From Candidatus Latescibacterota bacterium (lineage in GTDB: Bacteria; Latescibacterota; UBA2968; UBA8231): 64,000 nt of DNA. The stretch is taken from contig OZ241362.1 in the NCBI GenBank assembly GCA_965200315.1, positions 608,001-672,000 of the forward strand, read 5' to 3'. The notes beneath the pieces are model-generated. The model saw only the letters and a program-made list of their open reading frames with translations, ran no database searches and was not told where the DNA came from. The position numbers and the translations under genes are program-made. This document shows positions 50,615-61,108 of the stretch, in pieces. Within the stretch, counting starts at the first letter, position 1. Each line of letters opens with the position of its first letter.

Positions 50615-52072
50615 ATGACGGACGAAAAATCGGCCTTTTTGTTCATTGACGATGCGGTTGTCGAAAGCCTCGACAACGTCGTGCAAGGGGTCGTATCCGC
50701 CAAGAAGGTTTCGCCAAAACCGCTGATCGAGAAAGATCGAGCTTGGGAAGCGGAGTGGCTGATCGGCAGCTACATCAACGTCATGTACGACGACGACGAA
50801 AACGTCTTCAAAATGTGGTACGGCGTGGGCCGCAAATTGAGCGACGCGCGCGGCGACCAAGCGGACGGACTAGCCTACGCCGTCTCCCAAGACGGGCTCC
50901 ACTGGGAAAAACCCATCCTCAACCTCTTTGAGGACGGCGGCAGCAAAGAGAATAACTTGGTCTTTCCATTTTTCAGGTGGGGCGCTGGGACCGGCGTCAT
51001 GAAAGACCCCATTGAAACCGATCCGGCCAAGCGCTACAAGATGCTCTTTATGTTCCAGAGCGGCGACATGATATTCGCCGGCATTGTTCAGCCGGTCTGC
51101 GTGGCGTATTCTGCCGACGGGATCCATTGGGACGTGCCCCAACACTGGCTCAACCCGGTCATTCCCCAAGGTTCGGATACCCATCTAGCCGCTTATTGGG
51201 ATGCCAAAATCCACCGCTACGTCGTCTATCTGCGGGGCCGGCCCAACGTGCGCATCATTTGCATGGCCGAGAGCAGTGATTTTGAAAACTGGACCCCGCG
51301 CCAGATCATCGTTGCCCCCGACGAACTCGACCCCCCTCAGGACCACGAGTTTTACGGCATGAGTTCGCTGGCATACCGCGACTTGCGCATCGGCTTCCTC
51401 TCGGTGTTTCACACGCTCTACGAGGGGTGGATCGCCCAGAACCAGCTCGAAGACTGGATGCCTTCATGGATGAACCAAATGGACGTTCAGTTGACCTATT
51501 CAAAGGACGGCCGCACTTGGCATCGGGCGGGCAACCGCGAACCCATTCTGCTCTGCGGCCCCCCGGGCAGCTATGATTGTGGAAGTGTCTATCCCCCGCA
51601 TGCCCCTTTTGTCTTGGGCGAGGAGGTCTGGGTCTATCACGGCGGCTCAAACGATCTACACGGCGAGCCTCCGCGTGGCGGCGAGGAAACCCAGCGGGGA
51701 ATCAATCTGGCAAAGATCGAAAAGGACCGACTGGTCTGTCTGAAAACGGACGCTCAAGGGACCGCGACCACGGTTCCACTGAACATTGATCCCCATGCCT
51801 TGTGGATCAACGCCGACGCCAGCGACGGCTCACTGCAAGTGGAATTGGTCGATCCGTTTGACCGGATCGTGCCGGGTTTTGGCCGCGACGACTGCATACC
51901 CTTTTCGGGCAATGAGACAGAATATCAGATACAATGGAAAGGCGATGGGCAAGACGCGGACGGGAGCAAGGCGGGCGGTCTCGAACAGAAGATGGTCTCA
52001 CAGATGCGAGGGGGGCTCAAGGTCAAAGTGTACCTGGACCGCGCCAAACTATTTGCTCTCTATGCTCCTTAG
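50615..52072 (+). CDS. Five-bladed beta-propeller glycosidase-like protein (GH32/GH130-like)
   Basis: Repeated S.DG.HW boxes, FKMWY, RYKM; C-terminal beta-sandwich; AGGAG RBS. Confidence 0.7.
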   Translation: MTDEKSAFLFIDDAVVESLDNVVQGVVSAKKVSPKPLIEKDRAWEAEWLIGSYINVMYDDDENVFKMWYGVGRKLSDARGDQADGLAYAVSQDGLHWEKPILNLFEDGGSKENNLVFPFFRWGAGTGVMKDPIETDPAKRYKMLFMFQSGDMIFAGIVQPVCVAYSADGIHWDVPQHWLNPVIPQGSDTHLAAYWDAKIHRYVVYLRGRPNVRIICMAESSDFENWTPRQIIVAPDELDPPQDHEFYGMSSLAYRDLRIGFLSVFHTLYEGWIAQNQLEDWMPSWMNQMDVQLTYSKDGRTWHRAGNREPILLCGPPGSYDCGSVYPPHAPFVLGEEVWVYHGGSNDLHGEPPRGGEETQRGINLAKIEKDRLVCLKTDAQGTATTVPLNIDPHALWINADASDGSLQVELVDPFDRIVPGFGRDDCIPFSGNETEYQIQWKGDGQDADGSKAGGLEQKMVSQMRGGLKVKVYLDRAKLFALYAP

Positions 52073-52198
52073 AGCACGTTTTAGAACTCCCTTGAAGTGA
52101 TCAATTCTTGTAAAGAGCGCACTCACCGAACACCCTATCGTACACAGCCTAATATGTCTGAGAAGCCGGCCGAAAACTCCAAGTTCGGCTCCAAGCCT

Positions 52199-52228
52199 CT
52201 GGGATCGAGGGCGTCTCGCCCTCGCAAA
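52199..52228 (+). repeat. REP-like palindromic element, copy 2
   Basis: CTGGGATCGAGGGCGTCTCGCCCTCGCAAA, with a CGAGGGCG/CGCCCTCG stem, between convergent genes. Confidence 0.7.
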
Positions 52229-52292
52229 ACGCTTAACGCCAAGGCCGCCACGGCATGGCCTAACCCATAATCAGCACGATGCGTAATATCAG

Positions 52293-55200
52293 TTAGTAAA
52301 CGCCAAACCCCACGCAACTAAGCCGCCCTCCCGCCAAGCTGCACACCACACCACCGCGACACGGCCACAGACCGCGAATTTCCGCTTCCAGCGCCACACA
52401 GCCCACACCCCTGCCGTCTGCATCACAGGCTAGCAGCGCACCTTTTTCCACGGCTGCGACAAGGTGCTCCCCCACCGGGGCAATGGCCCGAATCCACTCG
52501 CCAATTTGGACGTGCCAGCGCAATTCCCCTCGGTAGCTAAAGGCGTAGAGTTCGCCGAATTCGCTGGCCGCGACCAAGCCGCCGGGAAAGGCGACAAGCC
52601 CCACAACTTCGCCGACGATATTGACGTGCCAGACCTCGGCCCCATCCTGCGGTTTGACCGCGTAGAGCCAGCCGTCCTGCGTGCCGTAAACAATTTCGCG
52701 TACGCCGTCTCCATCGACATCGACCAGTTGCAGATGAGTGAGGCCGATGCCGCGGCGCGGCGTGGTCGCATGGCCCTCGGACCCCACTTCTTCAAAGGTA
52801 GTCCAGCGGAAGGACCCGTCGCTATTGTGCACGTTGAGCGGGGTAGAGTATTCGGTCCCCGCAATCACCTCGGCCTGGCCATCGCCGTCCACATCCGCGG
52901 CGGCGAGCGCGGTAATCGCGTGGTAGCGCACCCACTCCGCCCATTCGAGCGTGCCATCCGCAGCAAAGGCGTTTATATACCAGCCCACAGTGGACGCTAG
53001 GACACTCGTGCGGCCCTGCCCTGTCAAGTCGGCCACGGCGAGGCCGGAAATTTTCGACCCCCATCCCGAGTTTTTCAAGGTTTTGCGCCAGCGTTGCTCG
53101 CCGCTGTGGCCTTCGAGTGCGGCCAGTTGACCATCGTCCGTGCCCACTAGCGCTTCCACCACCCCATCCGCGTCGATATCGGCCAAGAGCAGGGCACTGG
53201 CCACCCGGTCCAAGCCCAGTTGGTGCGACCATATCGCCGCACCGTCCGCGCACTTTAATTGGACGACCTCCCCTTCCTCGGTGCCAGCAAGTACCATTTC
53301 ATCGTGGACCGCTACAGCGCTTATCTCGGTTGAACCCAAGTCCCGGCTCCACTGGGCGGTCCAGCCGTTCTGCGGCCGGAGCCAAGGAGATTTCGCCGCA
53401 GCGGAGGGCAGGTCTGGCGCGACGGCGTCCAAGGCGTCGTAGATGCGGTGCGCCGTTGCGCTCTGTCCCACGTTGAGCGTCGCATACGACCCGTCAAACA
53501 CCTGCCAGTCCCAATGCTCGCCCTCGGCAAAGCCCAAGCGTTCAACGCCCTGCAAAGTCAGGCGATTTCCCTTTAGAGAGATCGCGAACATTTCGCCCTC
53601 AATGGCCAGCGTACCCAAGCGGGTGTGGCCGACTCCTAAGATGGTCGTCTCCGCCCCGTCGCGGATCTCGACAGCCCTTTCATTCAGGCGCGTTATGCGG
53701 ATGTCGGGATGCGGCGTCAGCAGATTGATATAGACGAGATTTTCCCCCGGCTGCATGGTGCGGGCGGCTTGCTGGTGCAGGACGTGGAGGATGTCCCCGG
53801 CGTGTGGATAGTTGGACCAGCGGCTTTTCTCGTGCAAGTCGGCGACGATTTCTTGGGCCGACCCATCGGCATTGTCGATATAGAAGTGTTCGCCCTCCCC
53901 CTCCTGATGCAGACACACCCTAGAGCCTCTGAGTTCGGCGTCGCCGACCAAGCGCCACAGACAGTAGCAGCGGTAGTCCCCGGCCTCTGTGCATTGCAGT
54001 TGGTCGATCACCGCAAAATAGCGCCCCTTGCCCCAGAAGATGTTGCGCCGCCAGTCCACTCCGTTGTAGCCGGAAGCCTCGGTCTGCACCAAGCCAAAGG
54101 CCCGGCTTTCGCTACGGGAGTTCAGCGAGGCCAAAAGCGGCAGCAGCAGCCCAGCGCCCGGCGGCTGCAACACGCCCACGCCGTCGCGGATGACGGCGAT
54201 TGAATTGTGGAATTTGGGTGCCGCCCGGATATAGTCGCCGTCCCCCAGCCAAGCTCGGTCGTTCCAAGTCAGCCGGACGATGGTATTGCTGTCTTCGTGC
54301 CCGTGACAGAACGTGCCGCTCCCTTCGAGCAACAAGTACTCACTCATCGGGTCGAAGTCGCGCCGCAGTGAGAGCTTGTCGAAGTAGTCTTTTTGTGGGT
54401 CGGGCTGGTTATCAGCCGGAGCGTACGCACGCACCCAGCCCAGCGCTTTGGCTGGCAACTTCATCGCGTATATACCGAGCAGACCAACGGGCTCTGCGGG
54501 GACGCAATCGGCAAGTGCTAATCCATTTTCCCCCCACTCGACGGCGGCATAAAGCCCCCGCAACACATGCGCCAGCGTCGGCCTCTTGCGCGCACCCAGC
54601 CAGTTGAGGAGCCACAAATGCTCGGGGTTGCGCGTATACCAAGTGGAAACCATCGGCGCCCACAAACGGCCTTCCCACCCCTCGGATGGCGAAAAAGGCG
54701 CGTATCCCGCGGTATCTCCGTGGTTGCTCTCACTGCGCATATTGTCCGTAGTCACCACCGCTAGCGTACACAGATCGGCGATGTGCCCGTCCTCGATGTA
54801 CCCGTAATCGTTCTTTTTGAGCAACGCGTACGAGAGCGTCTCCTGTGGCACGAGCCAAGCGTAGCCCACGCCACCGTCGTCGTTGGATTTGTAGCAATCG
54901 TTCTGGCCGGCAAAAATCCGCTCCACCACTTTTTCGCTCGGCGCAAATTCGCGGATGCCGTAGCGCTTGCTCAGGTAGCTGTGGCCCGCAGCCAAGTCCA
55001 TGGCGATATAGGTGGTGTGATTCTGGCGAATCTGGTCTGGGGGGTTGACGCTTTCCTCCATATAAAACAAGCCCGCCAAGTGGCGCAGCATCTCGCCCAT
55101 CATGGTTGCCACCCCGCGGCGGTCGGCCTCTGTGTAGAGCGGGCTATCCTCGATCAGCTCCCAGAGGTGGATGAGGCTGTGGAAGTGGAAAAAGCAGTGG

Positions 55201-55910
55201 TAGGTCTCCGGGTAGGAGCGCCGCTGGGCCAGCCAAGGTTCTAGGGAACCGGCGAAGATGGCCGGCACGGCGCGGCCCCACACTGGGTGGTCGGTCAGAT
55301 AGTAATACCAAGCGTAGTTCTCCACCTGACCGCCGCGAAAAGGCGTGGACACCCAAGCACCTTCCCAAGTCTTGAGATCGTCCTGCACCATCCTCTCCAG
55401 TTGTGCTTCCTCGGGAAACGGAGGCAGAGGATGCTGGAACTGAGCGGCGTGTACTCGGTGCAGCTCCTCGGGACGGGTATGCACCAAGTCCTCGAACACC
55501 GCAAAGGCCGCCAGCAGCCCTTCCCGGCTGCTCGCCCCGAGGACGATACTGTTTTTGCCATAGCCGAAAGGATCGGAAACCGACTTGACAAAATAGCCGT
55601 CCCCGCCGGGAAAAAAGGTATCGACAAAACAGCAGCGGGCCGTGTAGAGCCGCCGCAGCGCGGCATTGTTCGTCATATTGCCGGCGGCGATCACCTGCGC
55701 ACTGCCAAAGAGCGCGTCGGTGAAATCCCGCTGCGCGACAATGTCGGGTGCCCGCCCCGCCACGGCGGCAATAGCACCTTGGAGTTGCACAACAGGTGAG
55801 GCCCCTTGGAGACCGTGCGGAACCACCAGTACCGTATCCGCGGCGAGGTCGGTGCGGGGAAAGTGCCGAGAGTGCGCAAAGGAGAATTCTGTCATAATAG
55901 ATTGATCCAC
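52293..55910 (-). CDS. Large protein: heparinase II/III-like core plus PQQ/FG-GAP beta-propeller
   Basis: QNH, HGHEDSN..WLGD..FHN; C-terminal DIDADG, DVDGDG repeats and W-ending blades. Confidence 0.75.
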   Translation of the reverse strand: MDQSIMTEFSFAHSRHFPRTDLAADTVLVVPHGLQGASPVVQLQGAIAAVAGRAPDIVAQRDFTDALFGSAQVIAAGNMTNNAALRRLYTARCCFVDTFFPGGDGYFVKSVSDPFGYGKNSIVLGASSREGLLAAFAVFEDLVHTRPEELHRVHAAQFQHPLPPFPEEAQLERMVQDDLKTWEGAWVSTPFRGGQVENYAWYYYLTDHPVWGRAVPAIFAGSLEPWLAQRRSYPETYHCFFHFHSLIHLWELIEDSPLYTEADRRGVATMMGEMLRHLAGLFYMEESVNPPDQIRQNHTTYIAMDLAAGHSYLSKRYGIREFAPSEKVVERIFAGQNDCYKSNDDGGVGYAWLVPQETLSYALLKKNDYGYIEDGHIADLCTLAVVTTDNMRSESNHGDTAGYAPFSPSEGWEGRLWAPMVSTWYTRNPEHLWLLNWLGARKRPTLAHVLRGLYAAVEWGENGLALADCVPAEPVGLLGIYAMKLPAKALGWVRAYAPADNQPDPQKDYFDKLSLRRDFDPMSEYLLLEGSGTFCHGHEDSNTIVRLTWNDRAWLGDGDYIRAAPKFHNSIAVIRDGVGVLQPPGAGLLLPLLASLNSRSESRAFGLVQTEASGYNGVDWRRNIFWGKGRYFAVIDQLQCTEAGDYRCYCLWRLVGDAELRGSRVCLHQEGEGEHFYIDNADGSAQEIVADLHEKSRWSNYPHAGDILHVLHQQAARTMQPGENLVYINLLTPHPDIRITRLNERAVEIRDGAETTILGVGHTRLGTLAIEGEMFAISLKGNRLTLQGVERLGFAEGEHWDWQVFDGSYATLNVGQSATAHRIYDALDAVAPDLPSAAAKSPWLRPQNGWTAQWSRDLGSTEISAVAVHDEMVLAGTEEGEVVQLKCADGAAIWSHQLGLDRVASALLLADIDADGVVEALVGTDDGQLAALEGHSGEQRWRKTLKNSGWGSKISGLAVADLTGQGRTSVLASTVGWYINAFAADGTLEWAEWVRYHAITALAAADVDGDGQAEVIAGTEYSTPLNVHNSDGSFRWTTFEEVGSEGHATTPRRGIGLTHLQLVDVDGDGVREIVYGTQDGWLYAVKPQDGAEVWHVNIVGEVVGLVAFPGGLVAASEFGELYAFSYRGELRWHVQIGEWIRAIAPVGEHLVAAVEKGALLACDADGRGVGCVALEAEIRGLWPCRGGVVCSLAGGRLSCVGFGVY

Positions 55911-55915
55911 TCAGT

Positions 55916-57236
55916 TCACTTTTCCTCTAAGGCGACATATTTGCCGAGATCGCGTCGCGCCCTGTCGAGGAATGGATGGTCTCCAGCTTGGTAGCATTTG
56001 ACGCGCGCTTCGAGCAAATCGCGCTTCCAAGGCACGTGCGGCTCCAGTTTGTTGAGCACCTCTATGCAGGTCTGCGGAAAATTGAGTTCATAGCCCAGAT
56101 TCAACAACGCGTTCAGCCGCGTTTCCCGCGCGTAATCCATGACAAACGGAGAACGCAACGCCGCGTACAACCGCTCGGCATGGGCCGCATCCCGGCCGCC
56201 GAGGTCCACTGCTAGCGCCAAGCCGCGCTGCATGAGTGCCGGCCAAGCCCAAGGATCGCGGCCGTACCCCGCAAAAGCAGACTCCAAGGCGGCAACTCCT
56301 TCCGGGATCCGCCCCTCGCGCGTGTGCAAAATGGCCAAGATCACATCCGCTTCCACCGGCTGGAAGTCGCGCAACTGCTCGATGTACTGAGCGGTCTCCT
56401 CGCGCTGGTTAACGGCCATCATGTAGGCCACAGCCGACACTTCGTGCAGCCCGCGCGGCTGGCGCGGCTGACTCTGCCACCAGGCCAGCCCATTGCGCGA
56501 CCTCGCCTCCCACCAAGCCGCTAGCGCTTGCAGGCGATATCGCTGGTGAGGCGTCACCGGGTACCGATTCGGGTTAACTTGTTCCCCTTGGCCAATCAAA
56601 AAGGCGAGGCGCTGGTCTATAACCCATTCCCAGTCCACATCCCCACCCGTCGTGCGGGGGCGATCTTCTCCTCGGTCACGCGCCAATTTTTCCACCGCCT
56701 CGATATTGAAATGCCTCCCGAGCCCGAGATGGCGGGCAAAGGCGTACTCCACTAGGGTGCGATCGTCCGTATTCAATTCCTGCTCGCGCGCCAATTCGCG
56801 CGCCACCGCCGGACCGGCTACGTAGTGGGCTAGGAAGCCTTCGAGGTCCGCGGTGCGCCAGACTGCGGCCAGCGCACTGCGGTAGGGTTCCTCAGCGACT
56901 CGAGCGCGTAGTCTGGGAACATCGTACGACACCGGCCCAGCAGAAGACAGCAGTAGCAAATCCCCGCGCTGGGTCTGCCAAGTTTCCACGTGGGCAAAAA
57001 CCGAACTCAGGGTAGCGTAGATGGTGCGGATGGTTTGCTCATCTACCTCGTACATTTGCACCCACTGTGCGAATAGGCCGCCGTCGCGCAAAAGCGGAGC
57101 GACCCCTTCGTAGAATTCCCGCGTGTACAGGCTGGCAACCCCCGCCCGGTAGGGATTGGAAGGCTCGGAGAAGATGAGGTCGTAGGTTTGCCGGGTGGTC
57201 AGGACGACCTCCCGCCCATCGCCGACCACCAGCCGT
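55916..57236 (-). pseudogene. C-terminal half of a fused MFS/spermidine synthase-like protein
   Basis: RLVVGDGR..YDLIFSEPSNP..LYTREFY..GGLFAQW..LNTDDR; the upstream part of the ORF is an off-frame read of the PPIase gene. Confidence 0.8.
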
Positions 57237-57773
57237 GCGCGAATGGGTCGAAAACTCGCGCGCGACCTCCTCAAAGGGAGTACCGGCTCGCAGGGCCGCC
57301 AGCGCCTCCTCGGCCCGCTCCTGAGTGGGTACGACGATGTGGGCGATTTTGATCCAGCGCGCCCAGTTTTGCTCGGCAAACACGCGCCGCATTTCCTCCT
57401 CGGTAATGGCAACCTGCTCCTCGACAGCGCGCTGCTCGATCTCTCGTATCAGCCGCCGCCGCAGAGCGGTCGCCACCTCGCTGACAAACGCCGGACTCCG
57501 GTCTAATTTGCCGGCGCGCGCTTCGCGGAGAATGAGCGTCCGATCGACAAGCGACTGCAAGTATTCGCGGACCTTGGCGCTGCCTTCCTGTTCGCTTTTG
57601 GCCCACTCGGCCACATTGTCGATCAGGTAGCGTAGCTCCCGATCCGTGATTACCTCTGTGCCTACTTCGGCCAGTGGCAATGCTTCCTTTTGGGTGGTCG
57701 GCTCCTGCTGTCCACAGGCGACGAGCGCCGCAATGCCCAGTGCGATCCACATCGACAACTTTAGCAAGTACAT
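57228..57773 (-). pseudogene. Parvulin-type peptidylprolyl isomerase lipoprotein, truncated
   Basis: LVAC lipobox, SurA-like helices, IAHIVV, FEEVAREFS; homology stops at TAGG. Confidence 0.8.
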
Positions 57774-57784
57774 ATTCTCTCCTG

Positions 57785-58813
57785 TTAGCGCGGCCAGAGC
57801 AGCGCCCGCTCCGCGTCAATGCGCGGATACACGGTCTCTCCCGGGGCAAAACGCCGTTCCTTAGACGCGATGATGTGGATGGACGCCCCGGCCCAATCCA
57901 CCCATAAAATCCACGCGGCCCCAGCGTCCTCAACGACGCGCACCACGCCCGGCACCTGCCCCCCGGCGGGCGCAATGTCCTCCGGCCGCACCCCGAGCAG
58001 CATCTCGCCTGACCCACTCAGCGCCGGCATTCGCTCGGCTTGGTTCGGACCAATCCACGCACCCCCGCGCCGCTGCACGCTGAGGATGTTGATCGCAGGT
58101 TGACCCAATTGGCGCGCCACTGTGGGCGAGACCGGCTGGCGGTAAATGACCTCCGGGCTACCCTGCTGCAAAATCCGCCCCTCGGCCAGCACGGCGATGG
58201 AGTCGCTCATGGACAGGGCCTCGGCTTGATCGTGGGTCACGTAGATCGCCGGAATGCCCAGCTCCTGCCGCAACAGGGCCAGCTCCAAGCGGAGGGACTC
58301 GCGCAGCTTGGCGTCCAAATTAGTCAGTGGCTCGTCAAAAAGAAACAGCCGCGGCCGCCGCACAATCGCCTGCCCAATGGCCACCCGCTGCATCTCGCCG
58401 CCCGACAGCCTAGCTGCCGGGCGGTCGAGCAGCCGCTCAATTTTCAGCATTTCGGCCGCCCAGCCCACGCGCTGGTCCATCTCGCTGCGCGCCATCTGCC
58501 AACGCGGTGCCTTGAGCGGAAATTCCAAGTTGCGCCGCACGCTCCAGTCGGGATAGAGAGCGAAGTGTTGGAATACAAACGCAATGTCGCGGTCGGCCGG
58601 CGGCCAGTGCGTCACCTCCTCGCCGTCCATTTCGACTAGGCCGGCGTCGGGTGCGTCCAATCCGGCGACGATCCGCAGCAGCGTGGTCTTGCCCGCGCCA
58701 GTCGGCCCCAGCACCACCAGCATCTCGTCGGCCCCCAGCGACAGGTCAATGCCAGACAGAACCTCGGCCTTGCCAAAGCGCCGCGTCACCCCTTTTAGCT
58801 GCAACCAAGACAT
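57785..58813 (-). CDS. Sugar ABC transporter ATP-binding protein
   Basis: GPTGAGKTT, LSGGE, FDEPL, VTHDQ. Confidence 0.92.
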   Translation of the reverse strand: MSWLQLKGVTRRFGKAEVLSGIDLSLGADEMLVVLGPTGAGKTTLLRIVAGLDAPDAGLVEMDGEEVTHWPPADRDIAFVFQHFALYPDWSVRRNLEFPLKAPRWQMARSEMDQRVGWAAEMLKIERLLDRPAARLSGGEMQRVAIGQAIVRRPRLFLFDEPLTNLDAKLRESLRLELALLRQELGIPAIYVTHDQAEALSMSDSIAVLAEGRILQQGSPEVIYRQPVSPTVARQLGQPAINILSVQRRGGAWIGPNQAERMPALSGSGEMLLGVRPEDIAPAGGQVPGVVRVVEDAGAAWILWVDWAGASIHIIASKERRFAPGETVYPRIDAERALLWPR

Positions 58814-58814
58814 T

Positions 58815-59855
58815 TCAGAGCCGCTTGCCGCTCGTCGGGTCGAACAACAGCACCCGGGCAAAGTCCAAGCTCAAAACCGCGCCTACGGCCACTCGCTCCC
58901 GATCGGCCACTCGCATGACCAACCGCCCGCACTCGGCCTGTAGGTGAATGTAGCGGCATACACCTTGGTATTCGTCGCGCACCACCTCGGCCCGCAGTCG
59001 CCCTTTGGCGGTCGGTCGCACAAACTCCGGGCGCACCCCCAGCGTCGCCGGCCCCGGCCGCACCCGCTCAGATAGCGGCCAAACCAGCCCAAGCGCGGCA
59101 AAGCAGTCCTCGCGGATTTCCCCGGTGATGAAATTCATGCTGGGGCTGCCGATAAAATGCGCCACGAACAGGTCGGCCGGCTGGTCGTACACCAAGGCCG
59201 CAGCCCCGCTCTGGCGAATCCGGCCCTCGTCCATGACCACCACTTGATCGGCCAAGCTCATGGCCTCCTCTTGATCGTGGGTCACATACAAGGTGGCGAT
59301 CCCGGCGTCGAGCTGTTGGGCGCGGATCATCTCCCGCATCTCCAGCCGCAAACCCGCGTCGAGCGTGCCCAACGGCTCGTCCATCAGGTATATCTGCGGC
59401 CGCCGCACCATGGCCCGCGCCAAGGCCACCCGCTGCTGATCGCCGCCCGATAGCTGCCGCGGATAGCGCCCGACCAACCCGCCCAGCCCCAACCGCTCGA
59501 CCATGTCGGCCACCCGCTGCCGCCGCTCCCGCCGATTCAACCCCATGCTCTCCAGCGGAAAGCCGATGTTGTCCTCGACCTTCAGGTGCGGATAGAGCGC
59601 GTAAAACTGAAACGCAAACCCCACGTCCCGCTCGGCCGGCGAGCGGGACGTGATGTCTGCGCCGGCCAGCGCGATCTGCCCGGCCGTAGGCTTTTCGAGG
59701 CCGGCGACCATCCGCAGCGTAGTCGTCTTGCCGCACCCCGAAGGCCCCAACAGCACGGCGAACTCGCCCGCGCCGCAGCGCAAGTCAATGCCCTGCACAG
59801 CACACGTGCCGTCCGCATAGGTCTTGACCAACCCCCGGCACTCGAGAAAGCTCAT
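58815..59855 (-). CDS. Sugar ABC transporter ATP-binding protein
   Basis: GPSGCGKTT, LSGGD, MDEPL, VTHDQ. Confidence 0.92.
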   Translation of the reverse strand: MSFLECRGLVKTYADGTCAVQGIDLRCGAGEFAVLLGPSGCGKTTTLRMVAGLEKPTAGQIALAGADITSRSPAERDVGFAFQFYALYPHLKVEDNIGFPLESMGLNRRERRQRVADMVERLGLGGLVGRYPRQLSGGDQQRVALARAMVRRPQIYLMDEPLGTLDAGLRLEMREMIRAQQLDAGIATLYVTHDQEEAMSLADQVVVMDEGRIRQSGAAALVYDQPADLFVAHFIGSPSMNFITGEIREDCFAALGLVWPLSERVRPGPATLGVRPEFVRPTAKGRLRAEVVRDEYQGVCRYIHLQAECGRLVMRVADRERVAVGAVLSLDFARVLLFDPTSGKRL

Positions 59856-60031
59856 GACTCGTCCATCTGCCGCCGCGACGTCGCAACGTGCAACAGCGTA
59901 CTGAAGGCCGCGACAAAAAACCCATACTTCAGCCCCATCCCCCAAAACGGTTGCAGCATCAACCCCACGCCGGCGACCATACCCACGCGAGCGCCGCGAT
60001 CCAACCAGCCAATCACCGCTTGATCGTCCAT
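59852..60031 (-). CDS. Small 2-TM membrane protein of the ABC operon
   Basis: MDDQAV..GVGLMLQPFW..YGFF; ATGA overlap with the ATPase. Confidence 0.65.
   Translation of the reverse strand: MDDQAVIGWLDRGARVGMVAGVGLMLQPFWGMGLKYGFFVAAFSTLLHVATSRRQMDES
60013..60029. repeat. 17-bp direct repeat, left copy flanking the TA cassette
   Basis: TCACCGCTTGATCGTCC versus TCATCGCTTGATCGTCC at 61109-61125 (16/17). Confidence 0.8.
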
Positions 60032-60065
60032 TCTCCGCCTCTTGGCATCGCTCAGGTTGATTTGT

Positions 60066-60461
60066 TCATCGTCTCTCGCCGGAGCAGAGCCAGTCCTCGT
60101 AGAATCTCTTGACTCGCTTTGGCGTACGCGGAGACGATAAGAGGCCATCTTGGACTCTTCGCAGCACGTCAGGGGTACAGGGTTGGCGAAGCTCGGCTAT
60201 ACGCCAACTCACTGCTTCGTTCAAATAGTGAATTTCAGGGATAAGAGCATGGTCGTAGGAGATCACGGATGCGTACCGCACCCATGGGCGATCGCCCGGG
60301 CTCAGTACTACGGTACTATCTTTGTAGAATCGCTTGGTGGATACCGCCCCAATGATAGTCTGCGGCGGCTCACCCACTGGGTCTGTCACCAAGATCCAGA
60401 GATGTGGAGTCTCAAAGTTTGGACTCGGGAGCACCAGAGTCTCGCCAGCGCGACTAAACAT
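60066..60461 (-). CDS. PemK/MazF-like putative toxin
   Basis: HLWILVTDP..VST..DSTVVL.PGD.PWV..S.ISY pattern; overlaps the Panacea gene stop. Confidence 0.6.
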   Translation of the reverse strand: MFSRAGETLVLPSPNFETPHLWILVTDPVGEPPQTIIGAVSTKRFYKDSTVVLSPGDRPWVRYASVISYDHALIPEIHYLNEAVSWRIAELRQPCTPDVLRRVQDGLLSSPRTPKRVKRFYEDWLCSGERR

Positions 60462-61020
60462 CGCTGTTGGGAATCACCATCTGCTCTGCTAAGGAGAACG
60501 ATTCCAGCTCTTCGGTAATCTCCCTGATTTCAGCCTCCGTCTTACCGACAGCTTCGAGGATATCGCGATAGTGAATCGCGCACGAAGACCCTTCAGGGTT
60601 CTGCCACTCGCTGAAATTGTCGTGGCAGTAGTCTCGCAGTTGCCATTGATCCCAACGGCCATACGCTGAGTAGATCTCGTCAATCAGACCGGTCTCCGCT
60701 TCGGAGAGATCGTCGTCCTGCGGATTCGCAATCAAGGAGACTTCATACGCGCTCGGAGGGCTGATGAACCTGCTCCAGGACCCTAGGCAATTGGGTTCAT
60801 CTCCCTCGTTGATCCGATCGAGGGTAAAGCTGAGCACCGGACCATGGGGCATCGATACGTACCTGTCGTAAGTAATAGGATGGCCCCAGCGGCTGAGAGC
60901 GGTTCGGTCCATGGCGTAGAGCAACTTGATAAGTTTCATATAGTTCATCGCTCCACCTGCATGCTGCAGTAAGCGAGCGGCGGCCTGAACCGTCTTGTCT
61001 TCGCGGTAACGGGGTATCAC
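60454..61020 (-). CDS. Panacea (DUF4065) antitoxin
   Basis: MNYMKLIKLLY.MDR..PITYDRYVSMPHGPV, LSEAE, LRDYCH..EW. Confidence 0.85.
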   Translation of the reverse strand: MIPRYREDKTVQAAARLLQHAGGAMNYMKLIKLLYAMDRTALSRWGHPITYDRYVSMPHGPVLSFTLDRINEGDEPNCLGSWSRFISPPSAYEVSLIANPQDDDLSEAETGLIDEIYSAYGRWDQWQLRDYCHDNFSEWQNPEGSSCAIHYRDILEAVGKTEAEIREITEELESFSLAEQMVIPNSDV

Positions 61021-61057
61021 TGTGAGACCTCTGCGGGAAAAAATGGATATGGGCGTA

Positions 61058-61086
61058 ACGGTACTGGGCTGGTTAAACGCTGTCAA
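61058..61086 (-). promoter_or_regulatory. Sigma70-type promoter of the TA cassette
   Basis: Minus strand TTGACA, 17-bp spacer, TACCGT. Confidence 0.6.
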
Positions 61087-61108
61087 CGCCAACGGCACCT
61101 TGTGCTGG

